From: an uncultured Bacilli bacterium
GTDB lineage: Bacteria; Bacillota_I; Bacilli_A; RF39; UBA660
DNA length: 64,000 bases
Direction: 5' to 3'
Assembly: GCA_944331895.1 (NCBI GenBank)
Contig: CALVIX010000003.1
Coordinates: 5,010 to 69,009 of the forward strand
Shown here: positions 30,395-40,408 of the stretch, in pieces
Layout of the letters: each line of letters begins with the position of its first letter
Position numbering within the stretch: position 1 is the first letter of the stretch
Translations under genes and position numbers: made by a program
Notes under the pieces: model-generated
The model's input: the letters and a program-made list of their open reading frames with translations, nothing else
Told to the model about the DNA's origin: nothing
The model's database searches: none

Positions 30395-30817
30395 TTACGA
30401 CATATTTAAACACGCATGATACGTCTCTTGATTTTTATCTGCAACCTTGATTACTTTGCTATCTACAAGGGTAATTTGCTTGTCATCGAAAAACAAAGCA
30501 CCACTGAAGTACCCTCCTACTTGTATCAAATCCATACAATCAGGAAGGTTTCCCTTCATATCTAAAGTCCATTCGTAATCGTTTCGAATCTTATTTAGAT
30601 TTTTCGTCTCTCCATATAATCCTTTCATCTCAATATCTTGTTTCAATCCCTCTATAAATTGAGTTGCCAAAAGTTCATATGCCTTATTTTCTGTTTCATT
30701 CTTTTTTTCTACTACTTTCTTTGCATGATCTTGGTATTTCGTCCATACTTGAAATCCCACTGCCATTACGCCACATATTATCAGTAAAGCAATTACCATA
30801 ACTATAACTTTTTTCAT
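30395..30817 (-). CDS. Hypothetical membrane-anchored protein
   Basis: N-terminal TM; AGGTG RBS; starts 5 bp after the DHHW gene. Confidence 0.7.
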   Translation of the reverse strand: MKKVIVMVIALLIICGVMAVGFQVWTKYQDHAKKVVEKKNETENKAYELLATQFIEGLKQDIEMKGLYGETKNLNKIRNDYEWTLDMKGNLPDCMDLIQVGGYFSGALFFDDKQITLVDSKVIKVADKNQETYHACLNMS

Positions 30818-30821
30818 TTTA

Positions 30822-31922
30822 TCACCTAATTTCTAACCATGCGTTATTTTGATCGATATGATTCATCGTCGCTATGTAAAGAAGATCTGTAACCTTCTCA
30901 TGATCTTTGACCCAATCACTTAAATTCTTTGCCTCATCAACATTTAACACATATACTTTTTCGTAATGTTGACTTAGGAATGGAACAATTTCATTCCCGC
31001 TATCATCCTTGACAATCAAAAGTTCTTTTCCATTATGAACCTCAGGATTGGTAATCGTTATCTCTCCATCATCTTCTCCTAAAAAGAATCCTTTTTTATG
31101 AACTTGTTTTAAATAATCATTCTGATAAAACGTATCTTTCTCGTGTTCTTTTTTCGTATAAGAAACTTGATACTTCGGTTCATCTTTCACAAATTGATAG
31201 ATCGTATCCGCAGGAATTGTTCCATCTAACGTCTTATAATATAAATCTCCATAATACGTTTCCGAAACCTTTTTGATTTCATATTCCGTCATCGGAACTG
31301 ACTCGATATCATTTTTTTCACAATATTCTAAATATGCATAATATGATCCATAGCTCGTCCAAGTAAAATCTGTTCGATAGTAAAGTGGATAATCATTTTT
31401 CTTTCCCGTCAATGTCTGAACGAGATTGATATCGTTAATCGCGAGATTATAATATAATTCGTTCATCTCTTCTACTTCCGAACTAGATACGTGATCTGGT
31501 TGATACTCTTTATAAATACTTGATTTGGATGGAATCAGCATCAACGAACTATTGATGTAATTAAACTTTTCTTGCACTTTATTTAATGTTTGAATCATTT
31601 TCTTTCCGTTCGCCTGAGGCACCGTCTTCTCTACTAATTGATCCTGTTTTCCAAAATAAACATCATTTTGCTCTTTTATTCCGAATGCTTGTTCTACATT
31701 GGTTGCGATCTTGCGAAACGACGTACGGAGTGGAAAATGATCTTCTAAATAACTTTGATAATCTTTTGCGTAATTTCCATTCCATAATTCCGCCATCGTA
31801 AGATTAGGTTTCTGCTCTAACTTTTTATCCTCTTCGCTTGAATAGTTTTCACTCCCCAACGATAGATAAAATAAAACGAGAAATGGAATGAGGCAAATCG
31901 TAATTTTTAATTTATCTTTCAT
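30822..31922 (-). CDS. DHHW-family (AlgJ/PatB-like) protein with degenerate active site
   Basis: YYRTDFTWT (family DHHW) and LLIVKDDSGN (family KDSYAN). ATGA overlap with the upstream gene. Confidence 0.8.
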   Translation of the reverse strand: MKDKLKITICLIPFLVLFYLSLGSENYSSEEDKKLEQKPNLTMAELWNGNYAKDYQSYLEDHFPLRTSFRKIATNVEQAFGIKEQNDVYFGKQDQLVEKTVPQANGKKMIQTLNKVQEKFNYINSSLMLIPSKSSIYKEYQPDHVSSSEVEEMNELYYNLAINDINLVQTLTGKKNDYPLYYRTDFTWTSYGSYYAYLEYCEKNDIESVPMTEYEIKKVSETYYGDLYYKTLDGTIPADTIYQFVKDEPKYQVSYTKKEHEKDTFYQNDYLKQVHKKGFFLGEDDGEITITNPEVHNGKELLIVKDDSGNEIVPFLSQHYEKVYVLNVDEAKNLSDWVKDHEKVTDLLYIATMNHIDQNNAWLEIR

Positions 31923-33211
31923 ACACTCACCTGCCAAAAATAAACACATAAAAGAACGAAAAGAAGAATTGAAATAAGAATCATCAAAATTGTCATGAGA
32001 CGTGCAACCCATTTATTTTCTATCTTCTTTTTCTTCCATGGAATCGCACATAAAATCGTAACTAGATAGAATAATCCATATTGTAAGATTTGATATAACG
32101 TCATATTTCCTATAAATGGAAGATGTTCTAATCCAATCATTGCTTTTAAATACGTCATACCATCTGCACCTAATAGGAATAGCGTAACAATACTTACTAT
32201 TATAAAATAAATTGTATAACGCACCCATCCTGGTCGTTTTTGTACCCATGGAATCGCATCGCAACTAACAAGGATTCCAAGAATCATACCACCCCAAAGA
32301 AATGCGAAACTCGGATACAAACAGAAGGCAAATAAAGCTGTAAGGCAAGCAATTGATAGTGCATACTTCCTACTCCAACCATTCTCATATTGAATTGGAA
32401 TATGTGATAACAACGATGGATAAAGAGCGATCACAAACTTGTGAAGTGGCTGTAAGAAACTGACCGGACTCTTCTCTTTTTTCAATTCTAATCCTGCCAT
32501 CATCCATAGTCCATCCGATAGTTGGCGAAGACCGATCCAAATATGATAACAAGAGAGAACGAAAAGTGGTAAAAAGATCCATAACGTGAAAACAGATTGC
32601 TCCATCATATGAGAAATCAAATATCGTACGATCTCAATTCCAACCATTCCAAGCAATATCGCATGACACATTCCAAAAAAGAAACGCTTTCCTCCATTTT
32701 TAAATTGTTCCCATGTCACATCTTTATGATAAAGCCTTTTAAATTTTGAATACTCCATATAACGAGAAATCCAAATACGTGGGAATCCAATCAGATAAAA
32801 TCCATATAAATCTATTTCTTTTACAGGTGTGATCCGTCCTTGAAAAACATCGATACTATATTTCATTGCATGCAAGAAGACAAGTAAAAGTGAAATAGAA
32901 CCTAAGAAAAACTCTTGAAACGCTCCACTTCCCCATAGAATATTCCACAAAACAAAGTATAGTAACATCTCCGATAGAAAAATGAGTTCTTTTTTTCTTC
33001 GATCGACCCGAATCTGGTATAACCATCTGCTTCCTCCCCACGAAGTTAGAAACATTCCAATCATCACAAGGGAAACTACTGGCGAAAGGATAAACCAACA
33101 GAGGATACTTCCTAAGAAAAGAATCCAATTTTTTCCTTTTGGAATCCAGCAAGATAGCATATATATCAAAGGTAAAATACCAAGACAAAGCAAATACATC
33201 ATCTCAATCAT
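31919..33211 (-). CDS. MBOAT-family (AlgI/PatA/DltB-like) membrane protein with degenerate active site
   Basis: AMKYSIDVFQG, FYLIGFP and RFFFG are retained; DFSGYSD, FWRRWH and WHG are absent. Confidence 0.75.
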   Translation of the reverse strand: MIEMMYLLCLGILPLIYMLSCWIPKGKNWILFLGSILCWFILSPVVSLVMIGMFLTSWGGSRWLYQIRVDRRKKELIFLSEMLLYFVLWNILWGSGAFQEFFLGSISLLLVFLHAMKYSIDVFQGRITPVKEIDLYGFYLIGFPRIWISRYMEYSKFKRLYHKDVTWEQFKNGGKRFFFGMCHAILLGMVGIEIVRYLISHMMEQSVFTLWIFLPLFVLSCYHIWIGLRQLSDGLWMMAGLELKKEKSPVSFLQPLHKFVIALYPSLLSHIPIQYENGWSRKYALSIACLTALFAFCLYPSFAFLWGGMILGILVSCDAIPWVQKRPGWVRYTIYFIIVSIVTLFLLGADGMTYLKAMIGLEHLPFIGNMTLYQILQYGLFYLVTILCAIPWKKKKIENKWVARLMTILMILISILLFVLLCVYFWQVSV

Positions 33212-33286
33212 ACTCTAACTTCCTTCCATGATCTATAGGTTATCGTATCAAACAAAATTATCCTTGTCAATCAAAGAAAAGGCAAC

Positions 33287-34312
33287 TTATTCGTCGCCTT
33301 TTTGAAATATAGATCGATATTTTTTTGCAGCCTGTCGAAGATGGGTTACTTCTTCCTGTTTTCCTACACCTCTTAAAAATGTTACGAAGTCCTCTCCATA
33401 TTTTTCTATCATGTCGTAAAAAAGATAGTCTTCGATGAATAAACGCATGTCCTCTTCAGAATAATCGATATCATGATCATCGTTGAATCGTGATAAACAA
33501 CGATTAGAGATCGCTTTTAAACTCCCCTCTTTCCAATCTTTATCATAGGAAGCTGCATACGGACTTTCCGCTAATACCTGTGATACTTTCTGGTAAGAGC
33601 TCTGAATCGCATGATATTCCTCCGGTAAAAACCGGTAAAGTATTTCTGCTTTATCGATCAATTTAAATTGGTTTACAAAACGCATCGATAAAATACTCGC
33701 ACAAATATCACGTGGTGTATTTTCCTCAAACGGCATTTGGGAAACATAGACATGATCTAATTCATGATAAATATACTCTAAATAGTAAATTCCATGTGCA
33801 TCCTTCTGCCTTAATATTTTCTGATTGACAGCGATCGCACAACGCTCGTTTTCATAATCGTGAATCATCGAAAATACAGCGATTCCCATCTCTGACTGTC
33901 CTATAGATTGAGACTCAAATACTGGAACTTCTGGTAATTTTTCTTTTTCACAATTCAAACGCACCAACTCTCTAACCAAATAAATTCTCGTAGATACTTT
34001 CACACATGGGAAAATACTCCCTAAAAACATATTCTCTATCAATTTTATCTTTTCATCTAAATTCATTTTCTGATATCCCGGATGATGATCAAAAATCCAC
34101 GGTAAATATTTTTGACATGCTAACAAGTCTCTCGGTGATAAATCACTTTTATCCCATAATTGATTTGTACTACGTAATCGATATACTTTATATTGCTGTA
34201 AAAATGATTCTCCCATACTATGATATTGTTTTAATATCTCATTTCTCTTAGAAAGGGGTATGTGGAGGAGTTCTATTGCAAAGTCAAATTCCTTTTCTAA
34301 TTCTTCATTCAT
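33287..34312 (-). CDS. Hypothetical protein with HExxH zincin motif
   Basis: IAVN...YIYHELDH; downstream PEE..A. Confidence 0.7.
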   Translation of the reverse strand: MNEELEKEFDFAIELLHIPLSKRNEILKQYHSMGESFLQQYKVYRLRSTNQLWDKSDLSPRDLLACQKYLPWIFDHHPGYQKMNLDEKIKLIENMFLGSIFPCVKVSTRIYLVRELVRLNCEKEKLPEVPVFESQSIGQSEMGIAVFSMIHDYENERCAIAVNQKILRQKDAHGIYYLEYIYHELDHVYVSQMPFEENTPRDICASILSMRFVNQFKLIDKAEILYRFLPEEYHAIQSSYQKVSQVLAESPYAASYDKDWKEGSLKAISNRCLSRFNDDHDIDYSEEDMRLFIEDYLFYDMIEKYGEDFVTFLRGVGKQEEVTHLRQAAKKYRSIFQKGDE

Positions 34313-34322
34313 CGATCATGAC

Positions 34323-34478
34323 CTACTTTTGACTTTCGCAAATCTTACGAAATTCCTTTACCTTTTCTTTATATTGTCTCATAATAAGATCGATAATTTG
34401 ATTCCTAATTTCTAAGTGTGATGATAGTAAATCATATCCAATTTCCATTTCCAATCTTATTTGTTTTTCTGTTATCAT
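34323..34478 (-). CDS. Small ORF, 51 aa (MITEKQIRLEMEIGYDLLSSHLEIRNQIIDLIMRQYKEKVKEFRKICESQK), not in the ORF track
   Basis: GAAGGGA RBS. Upstream TTGACA...TGaTAAAAT promoter. Ends 10 bp before the zincin start. Confidence 0.7.
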   Translation of the reverse strand: MITEKQIRLEMEIGYDLLSSHLEIRNQIIDLIMRQYKEKVKEFRKICESQK

Positions 34479-34571
34479 TGCTATCCCTTCTTTTATACAC
34501 GCTATGATATTTTATCACAACTCGATGAATTGTCAAATCAAAAGCACATTGAAAACTCAATGTGCCTTCTT

Positions 34572-35825
34572 TTATTTATCGTTGTTTTCCTTTAATGCTT
34601 CAATTGCTTTACGCATTTTTTGATCATATTTGATCATATCGAGTCCACCAAACATCTTCAAGAACTCTTCTTTTTCCATCTGATATTTCTCTGCTAACTT
34701 TTGAGCCTCTTCTTCAGCTTCTTTATCAGTGATATCGATCTTTTCAGCTTTTGCTACTTCTTCTAACATGAAGCGAGACAATACTCTCTTTTCTGCTTCT
34801 TCGTGCATTTGATCGCGAAGTGCTTGCTCATCAGAATTTGTGAACTGGTAGAATTGTTCTAATGTCAATCCTTGCATTCTTAAATTCTCTTCATATTGAC
34901 GAAGCATACGATCGATTTCATCGTGAATCATAACATGTGGTACATCCACTTCGATTTGTTTGATTGCTGCTTCGATTAAATCATCGATAAATTTATTTTC
35001 AACATTTGCCTCTTTACGAGTTTTAATCATATCTTTTACTGTTGCTTCTAATGTCTCTTTAGAATTAACTCCTTCTAATTCTAAGTCAGCATAGAATTCT
35101 TCTCCTAATTCAGGAATCACAGTTGTTTTAACATCATTTACTTTTACTTTAAATGTTACTTCTTTTCCTTTTAAATCCTCTGCATGGTAATCTTTTGGGA
35201 ACGTTACTTTAATCTCTTTTTCGTCTCCCTTTTTCATACCTACAAGTTGTTCTTCAAATCCAGGAATAAATGTTCCACTTCCGATTTTTAAAGAGTAGTT
35301 TTCTCCTTTTCCACCATCGAATGCAACTCCATCTTTGAATCCTTCAAAATCGATTACAGCAGTATCTCCATCCTCTACTGTCTCGTTTTCTTTATTCATT
35401 GTTTCTGCATAACGACTACGCATTTCATCGATTGCATGGTTCACTTCTTCCTTCGTTACCTTAGCTGATTCTTTCTTAACTTTTAATCCTTTGTATTTTT
35501 TTAATTTTACTTCTGGACGTGTCGTTAAAGTAAAATTGAATGTAACACCTTTCTCATCGATACTCTTAAGTGCGATCTCTGGTTGTGCTACTAATTCAAC
35601 ATCTTTACTTTTCTTTAACATTTGTTCATATGCATCGTTTAACACTGCATCTGCTGCATCCATGTAAAGAGATTCTTTTCCATATTTCTTTAAGAACACT
35701 TCTTTTGGTGCATGTCCTGGACGAAATCCATCGATCTTAGCTTTTTTGTTTGCCTTTTTAAATGCTTTATCTAATGCATCTTCCCATTTCTTACCGTCAA
35801 TTTTAATTTCAATTTGTTTTTCCAT
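34572..35825 (-). CDS. tig: Trigger factor
   Basis: GFRPGHAP; FKBP domain GSGTFIPGFEEQL. Confidence 0.97.
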   Translation of the reverse strand: MEKQIEIKIDGKKWEDALDKAFKKANKKAKIDGFRPGHAPKEVFLKKYGKESLYMDAADAVLNDAYEQMLKKSKDVELVAQPEIALKSIDEKGVTFNFTLTTRPEVKLKKYKGLKVKKESAKVTKEEVNHAIDEMRSRYAETMNKENETVEDGDTAVIDFEGFKDGVAFDGGKGENYSLKIGSGTFIPGFEEQLVGMKKGDEKEIKVTFPKDYHAEDLKGKEVTFKVKVNDVKTTVIPELGEEFYADLELEGVNSKETLEATVKDMIKTRKEANVENKFIDDLIEAAIKQIEVDVPHVMIHDEIDRMLRQYEENLRMQGLTLEQFYQFTNSDEQALRDQMHEEAEKRVLSRFMLEEVAKAEKIDITDKEAEEEAQKLAEKYQMEKEEFLKMFGGLDMIKYDQKMRKAIEALKENNDK

Positions 35826-35936
35826 ATTAACATCCTTTCAAATACCCTTATAGTATATAATAAAATTCCTACTTTGACAAGCCTTGAGTTCTAAAAAAAG
35901 TACCTAGAGAAGGTATCGTTTTGCCTCTCTTAGGTA

Positions 35937-36407
35937 CTATTTAATATCCATGATTTCTACATCGTATGTTCCGCTTGGACTTTCGACTGTAACGACATCT
36001 CCAACTTTTTTATTCATAATTGCCTGCGCTATTGGAGACTCATTTGAAATCTTGTTCATAAACGGATCTACTTCTTTACTTCCTACGATAGAATAATCAT
36101 CTGTATCTCCATCTTCTACGTATTTCAAAGTTACAGTAGTACCAATCGTTACTTTTGAAGTATCAACCTTCGTCACAACGACAGCATTCTCGATCATCTT
36201 TTCTAACTCTTTGATCTTAGCTTCGACCATAGCCTGTTCGTTACGTGCTGCATCATACTCTGCATTTTCACTTAAATCTCCTAAGGCACGTGCCTCTTTT
36301 AACGCTTCGATTACCTCAGGGCGTTTCTCTAATTTTAAATAATCTAATTCTTTCTTAATATCATCTAACCCTTGTTGTGTTAAATAAACTTCTTTTGTGT
36401 TTGACAT
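35937..36407 (-). CDS. greA: Transcription elongation factor GreA
   Basis: GDLSENAEY, ISNESPI. Confidence 0.98.
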   Translation of the reverse strand: MSNTKEVYLTQQGLDDIKKELDYLKLEKRPEVIEALKEARALGDLSENAEYDAARNEQAMVEAKIKELEKMIENAVVVTKVDTSKVTIGTTVTLKYVEDGDTDDYSIVGSKEVDPFMNKISNESPIAQAIMNKKVGDVVTVESPSGTYDVEIMDIK

Positions 36408-36506
36408 AATCTATTCCACCTCACTATGTTATTTATTTCATGAAACCTACAAAATAATACTACGAAATAATTGTTTTGTCAACTTAAATTTTTCATTCCC
36501 ATTAAC

Positions 36507-37715
36507 TTATGTTTCGAGAGTGTGATTTATGCGCATCATCGCCCATTTTTCCACCTCTTTTGGAACTTTAATATAAACGTTCTGCCTAGGATGGTTCACT
36601 ACGTCAAGCGGCTTTTTCTCTTCATCTAGAATCTCTTCGATCGTAAACGAAATTGTCTCTTTCTCAGGCCCAAAAATCTCTACACGATCTCCTTTTCGGA
36701 AGAAGTTTCTCTCTTCTAAGAAAGCGTATCCAGTCTCTTTATCGTAATCTAAAACAACTCCTAGAAAATCCTGGTTAGACAATTCGATACGTCCATTGTA
36801 ATACTGTGTATCCACTCCTTCGCTTCCATCGAAAAATTGAACAGTCGATTCTCGATTCGCACAGTTTGTTAAAATTCTTTCGTACGCTTTATTATATGCG
36901 TAGCCATCTTTCTCGTTCCAATATTCATCGATCGCACGGCGATAGATATTTACGATCGTTGCAATATAGTAAATAGAACGCATGCGCCCTTCTATTTTAA
37001 AAGATGTAATACCAAGCTCTATCATTTGATCCAACACTTTTAACATAGAGAGATCCTTCGTACAAAAAGTAAATGGCTTTTCTCCATGTAAAGGTCGATC
37101 TTCATTATCATATAAATCAAAATCCCAACGGCAAATTTGACTACATCCTCCACGATTGGCATCTCTCATCGTTAAAAAATTAGATAGCACGCATCGTCCA
37201 CTGTAAGAAGCACACATAGCTCCATGAATAAAACATTCAATTTCGATATCCACACGATCTCGAATTTCTCTAATATCTGCTTTCGATGCTTCTCTTCCTA
37301 ATACGACACGCGTTACTCCTTCATCTTTCCAAAACTGAACTGCCTCATAATTTAATGTGGATTGTTGTGTCGATAAATGAATCTCCAGTCCTAGTTTTTT
37401 AGCAATGGATATCATGCCAGGATCACTAATAATAATCGCATCGATATCACACTCTTTCAGTGCTTTTAAATATTCCTTCAACTCTTTTACTTCTCTATTA
37501 TGCATGACGATATTGACAGTGACGTAAACTTTTTTTTGATGAGAATGCGCGAACTTCACTCCTTCTTTGATCTCATTTATAGAAAAATTATTCGCATTCG
37601 CACGAAGACCAAATGCAGGCCCACCTATATAAACCGCATCAGCTCCATATAGGATGGCTATTTTAAGACGTTCTAAATCCCCCGCAGGTGCTAATAATTC
37701 AGGTTTATTTTTCAT
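36507..37715 (-). CDS. Peptidase U32 family, large subunit (YrrO/TrhP-like tRNA hydroxylation protein)
   Basis: PELLAPAG, HGAMCASYSGRC, NRGGCSQICR, KIEGR. Confidence 0.92.
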   Translation of the reverse strand: MKNKPELLAPAGDLERLKIAILYGADAVYIGGPAFGLRANANNFSINEIKEGVKFAHSHQKKVYVTVNIVMHNREVKELKEYLKALKECDIDAIIISDPGMISIAKKLGLEIHLSTQQSTLNYEAVQFWKDEGVTRVVLGREASKADIREIRDRVDIEIECFIHGAMCASYSGRCVLSNFLTMRDANRGGCSQICRWDFDLYDNEDRPLHGEKPFTFCTKDLSMLKVLDQMIELGITSFKIEGRMRSIYYIATIVNIYRRAIDEYWNEKDGYAYNKAYERILTNCANRESTVQFFDGSEGVDTQYYNGRIELSNQDFLGVVLDYDKETGYAFLEERNFFRKGDRVEIFGPEKETISFTIEEILDEEKKPLDVVNHPRQNVYIKVPKEVEKWAMMRINHTLET

Positions 37716-38586
37716 TTTTCTTCACCCTAAATACCGTCTCTTTATAAAAGAATCCTTTATCGGTATTCCCTTTCAACATATGATCTATCTTCTCCTCTTC
37801 TAAAAGGACGTTTTCCCTCGTAAGAGAACGATATGATTTTAAAACTTCTACCATACATTTTGGTTCAATATGAAATGAATAGAATAAGAGATAAGAAATA
37901 TCTTCATCCCTTAAAAGGAGACTTTCTTCCATACCATTTAAAATATGAGAAGAATAGACTTGCGTCCCCATTTCATCGTTTACAATAGGATAAGTATACC
38001 CTTCTTTTTTTATTTGATACTCTATCCCTCTTCCCTCTAATTGAAAACGTTCTATATAGTTCTTTACCAGATTTCTCTTTGAGACAAACATCGGAAGATA
38101 ACCAAAGATAGGAACGATCAACCCCATCTTGGTATTCTGCTTTATCTCTATTATCTCTTCTAATGTGATTTCACTCGATAAACATGCCATTGATACACCT
38201 TGTTTCTCCCAAAAATTACATGTTTCATAATTTGTCGTCATGTGTTCCTGGTGCCACACGAGTGGTAGATCAAACCATCCGTCCTTCTTTAGTTTCACAA
38301 GAGAGATATCATAGTAAAAAATGCCATCTATTTTTAAAACTTCACATTCTTTTAATAATACCTTTAATGGCTCCAAATCAGAAGTATGCATGTTTTTATT
38401 GATCGATAAGAAGACTTCTTTTTGATTCTTTTTTAACTCTACAATCAGAGGTTTTAACTCTTCCAACGTATAATAATGCTCAAAATTTCTACTAAATCCT
38501 TTGATTCCAAATAAGTAACTATCCACGTATGGAAGCGTCTTTAATACTTCTTTTTCATCTTTAGGTGTTAACATATATTTTGTCAT
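37705..38586 (-). CDS. Peptidase U32 family, small subunit (YrrN-like)
   Basis: LSSEITLEEI, GYLPMFVSKR, GFFYKETV. No Cys cluster. Overlaps its partner gene. Confidence 0.85.
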   Translation of the reverse strand: MTKYMLTPKDEKEVLKTLPYVDSYLFGIKGFSRNFEHYYTLEELKPLIVELKKNQKEVFLSINKNMHTSDLEPLKVLLKECEVLKIDGIFYYDISLVKLKKDGWFDLPLVWHQEHMTTNYETCNFWEKQGVSMACLSSEITLEEIIEIKQNTKMGLIVPIFGYLPMFVSKRNLVKNYIERFQLEGRGIEYQIKKEGYTYPIVNDEMGTQVYSSHILNGMEESLLLRDEDISYLLFYSFHIEPKCMVEVLKSYRSLTRENVLLEEEKIDHMLKGNTDKGFFYKETVFRVKKNEK

Positions 38587-38620
38587 ATTCCACGTCCTCT
38601 CTTAGACATTTATCAACAAC

Positions 38621-38649
38621 ATTCTATCAAACGAACGCACGTTCGTCAA
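38621..38649 (-). promoter_or_regulatory. Sigma-A promoter containing a perfect LexA box
   Basis: TTGACG-17 bp-TAGAAT with TG extension. CGAAC-GCAC-GTTCG at 38632-38645. Confidence 0.8.
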
Positions 38650-38727
38650 TGCTTTTTTGCATATGCTCGAGAAGCTTCGTCTGTGAACATCCTAACTTTT
38701 CAATCGTTCTATATAAAAAGAAGAACA

Positions 38728-39312
38728 CTAGCGTATTCTTCTACTAATTCCGATTCCATCTCCTACTTCGTAAAAATCTGTATGGAACTCTTTATTTTCA
38801 TGTAAAAATGTAATATATTTATTTAGCTTTTGAACCAATTGCCTTAAATTTTTGCTCTCGATTCTCTCTTTCTGATGTGTATATCCATGAAAGTCTAAAT
38901 TATCTGAAACGATCACTCCGTCTTTTTTCAAGTATTTTTTATACTGTTCGAAAAACTTAATATATTGTGCTTTGGCAGCATCGATAAAAATAAGGTCAAA
39001 TGTATCTTCTAAAACGACATCAAAAGCATCTTTATGAATCAGTTCAATCTGCTCTTCTAAATGAGCTTTGTGTACATTTTCTACTGCCATCTGATAACGT
39101 TTTTGATCTCTTTCGATCGTGACAACATGTACTTTCGGATCCACTAGCGCCATCTTGATCGCTGAATACCCAATTGCTGTTCCGATTTCTAGAATTTTAG
39201 TTACTTGATTTTTCTTTATATAGTCGGTTAAAAAAGCAATTCCATCTGGAAGCATGATAGGAACATGATTTTCCTTCGCATATGCTTCTATTTCTTCTAA
39301 TAAGTGTACCAT
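38728..39312 (-). CDS. trmR: SAM-dependent O-methyltransferase (YrrM/TrmR-like)
   Basis: LEIGTAIGYSA, FIDAAKAQY; synteny with the U32 pair. Confidence 0.85.
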   Translation of the reverse strand: MVHLLEEIEAYAKENHVPIMLPDGIAFLTDYIKKNQVTKILEIGTAIGYSAIKMALVDPKVHVVTIERDQKRYQMAVENVHKAHLEEQIELIHKDAFDVVLEDTFDLIFIDAAKAQYIKFFEQYKKYLKKDGVIVSDNLDFHGYTHQKERIESKNLRQLVQKLNKYITFLHENKEFHTDFYEVGDGIGISRRIR

Positions 39313-40388
39313 AATCCTTGATCCTTTAATGTTTGAATAGTCTTATCATGCTCTTTTGCTGTCGTAGAAAAATATGTCTTTTTATTTTTATCTGCTACGA
39401 AATATAAATAATTATGCTTTTTCGGATTCAATGTTGCTTCAATCGCAACGATAGATGGATTACATATTGGTCCTACCGGTAACTTCCCAGCCATCTTACT
39501 AGAACGTGTATTATAGGCATTATAATCATTCAATTCCGATTGATATAAATCTCTTTCGTTTAAATCAACTTGAACGGCATAATATGTCGTAACATCACTT
39601 CCAAGTGCCCATCCACCTTCTAATCGATTGTAAAATACGCCAGCGACTCCAGCTCGATCATCACTATGTGCTGCTTCTAACTCGATAATAGAAGATAATG
39701 TTAATAGTTGATGAATCGTATAAGGACTATTTTCAAGTTGTGTTCGATAAGGTTCTAATTTACGATCCGTATTATCTAATATTTTTTCTATTAAATCTTT
39801 GAGTGGAACATCTTTATTTACAAACTCGTAAGTGTCAGGATATAAATATCCTTCGAGAGAATAATAAATTTCTTGATTTTTGATCTCATCCGTTAAGAAC
39901 CAATATTTTGATATCAACTCCGTTAGATACCCATCGTCTTTTAATAATGCATACAATTCTTGTTCCGTATGATTGGTCGATTCTGCAATCTGACGTGCGT
40001 ACCAACGCATATTTCTTCCTTCTTTGAATGTAATTCGAACGACATTTGACTCGTATAATTCATCCCCCGATAAAGAGGTAATAATTTGATCTAAATTCAT
40101 CGATCTATTTAACGTATAATTTCCTTCTTTTAAACCACTCGGATTTTTCATTTTCAAAAACAACTTGTAGAACATCTCCGAACGAATCAGATTTTGCTTT
40201 TTCAATTCTGGTGCTAGAGAGCTATAAGTATCACCTTTCTCAACTGTAATTACTACAGTTTCATTCATACTTCCCGTTCCCGACGTCATATAGTTAAAAA
40301 ATAAAATACCGCTTACAACAATAACTAAGAGAATTAAAATAGCAAGTGCAAACTTTCCATTTTTATTTAACTTCCTTTTTTTCTTCAT
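39297..40388 (-). CDS. mltG: Endolytic transglycosylase MltG
   Basis: LEGYLYPDTY, SIIELE, VFYNRL, LPVGPICNP, YLYFV. Confidence 0.95.
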   Translation of the reverse strand: MKKKRKLNKNGKFALAILILLVIVVSGILFFNYMTSGTGSMNETVVITVEKGDTYSSLAPELKKQNLIRSEMFYKLFLKMKNPSGLKEGNYTLNRSMNLDQIITSLSGDELYESNVVRITFKEGRNMRWYARQIAESTNHTEQELYALLKDDGYLTELISKYWFLTDEIKNQEIYYSLEGYLYPDTYEFVNKDVPLKDLIEKILDNTDRKLEPYRTQLENSPYTIHQLLTLSSIIELEAAHSDDRAGVAGVFYNRLEGGWALGSDVTTYYAVQVDLNERDLYQSELNDYNAYNTRSSKMAGKLPVGPICNPSIVAIEATLNPKKHNYLYFVADKNKKTYFSTTAKEHDKTIQTLKDQGLWYTY

Positions 40389-40408
40389 TTTATCAACAAA
40401 AAGCGAGC

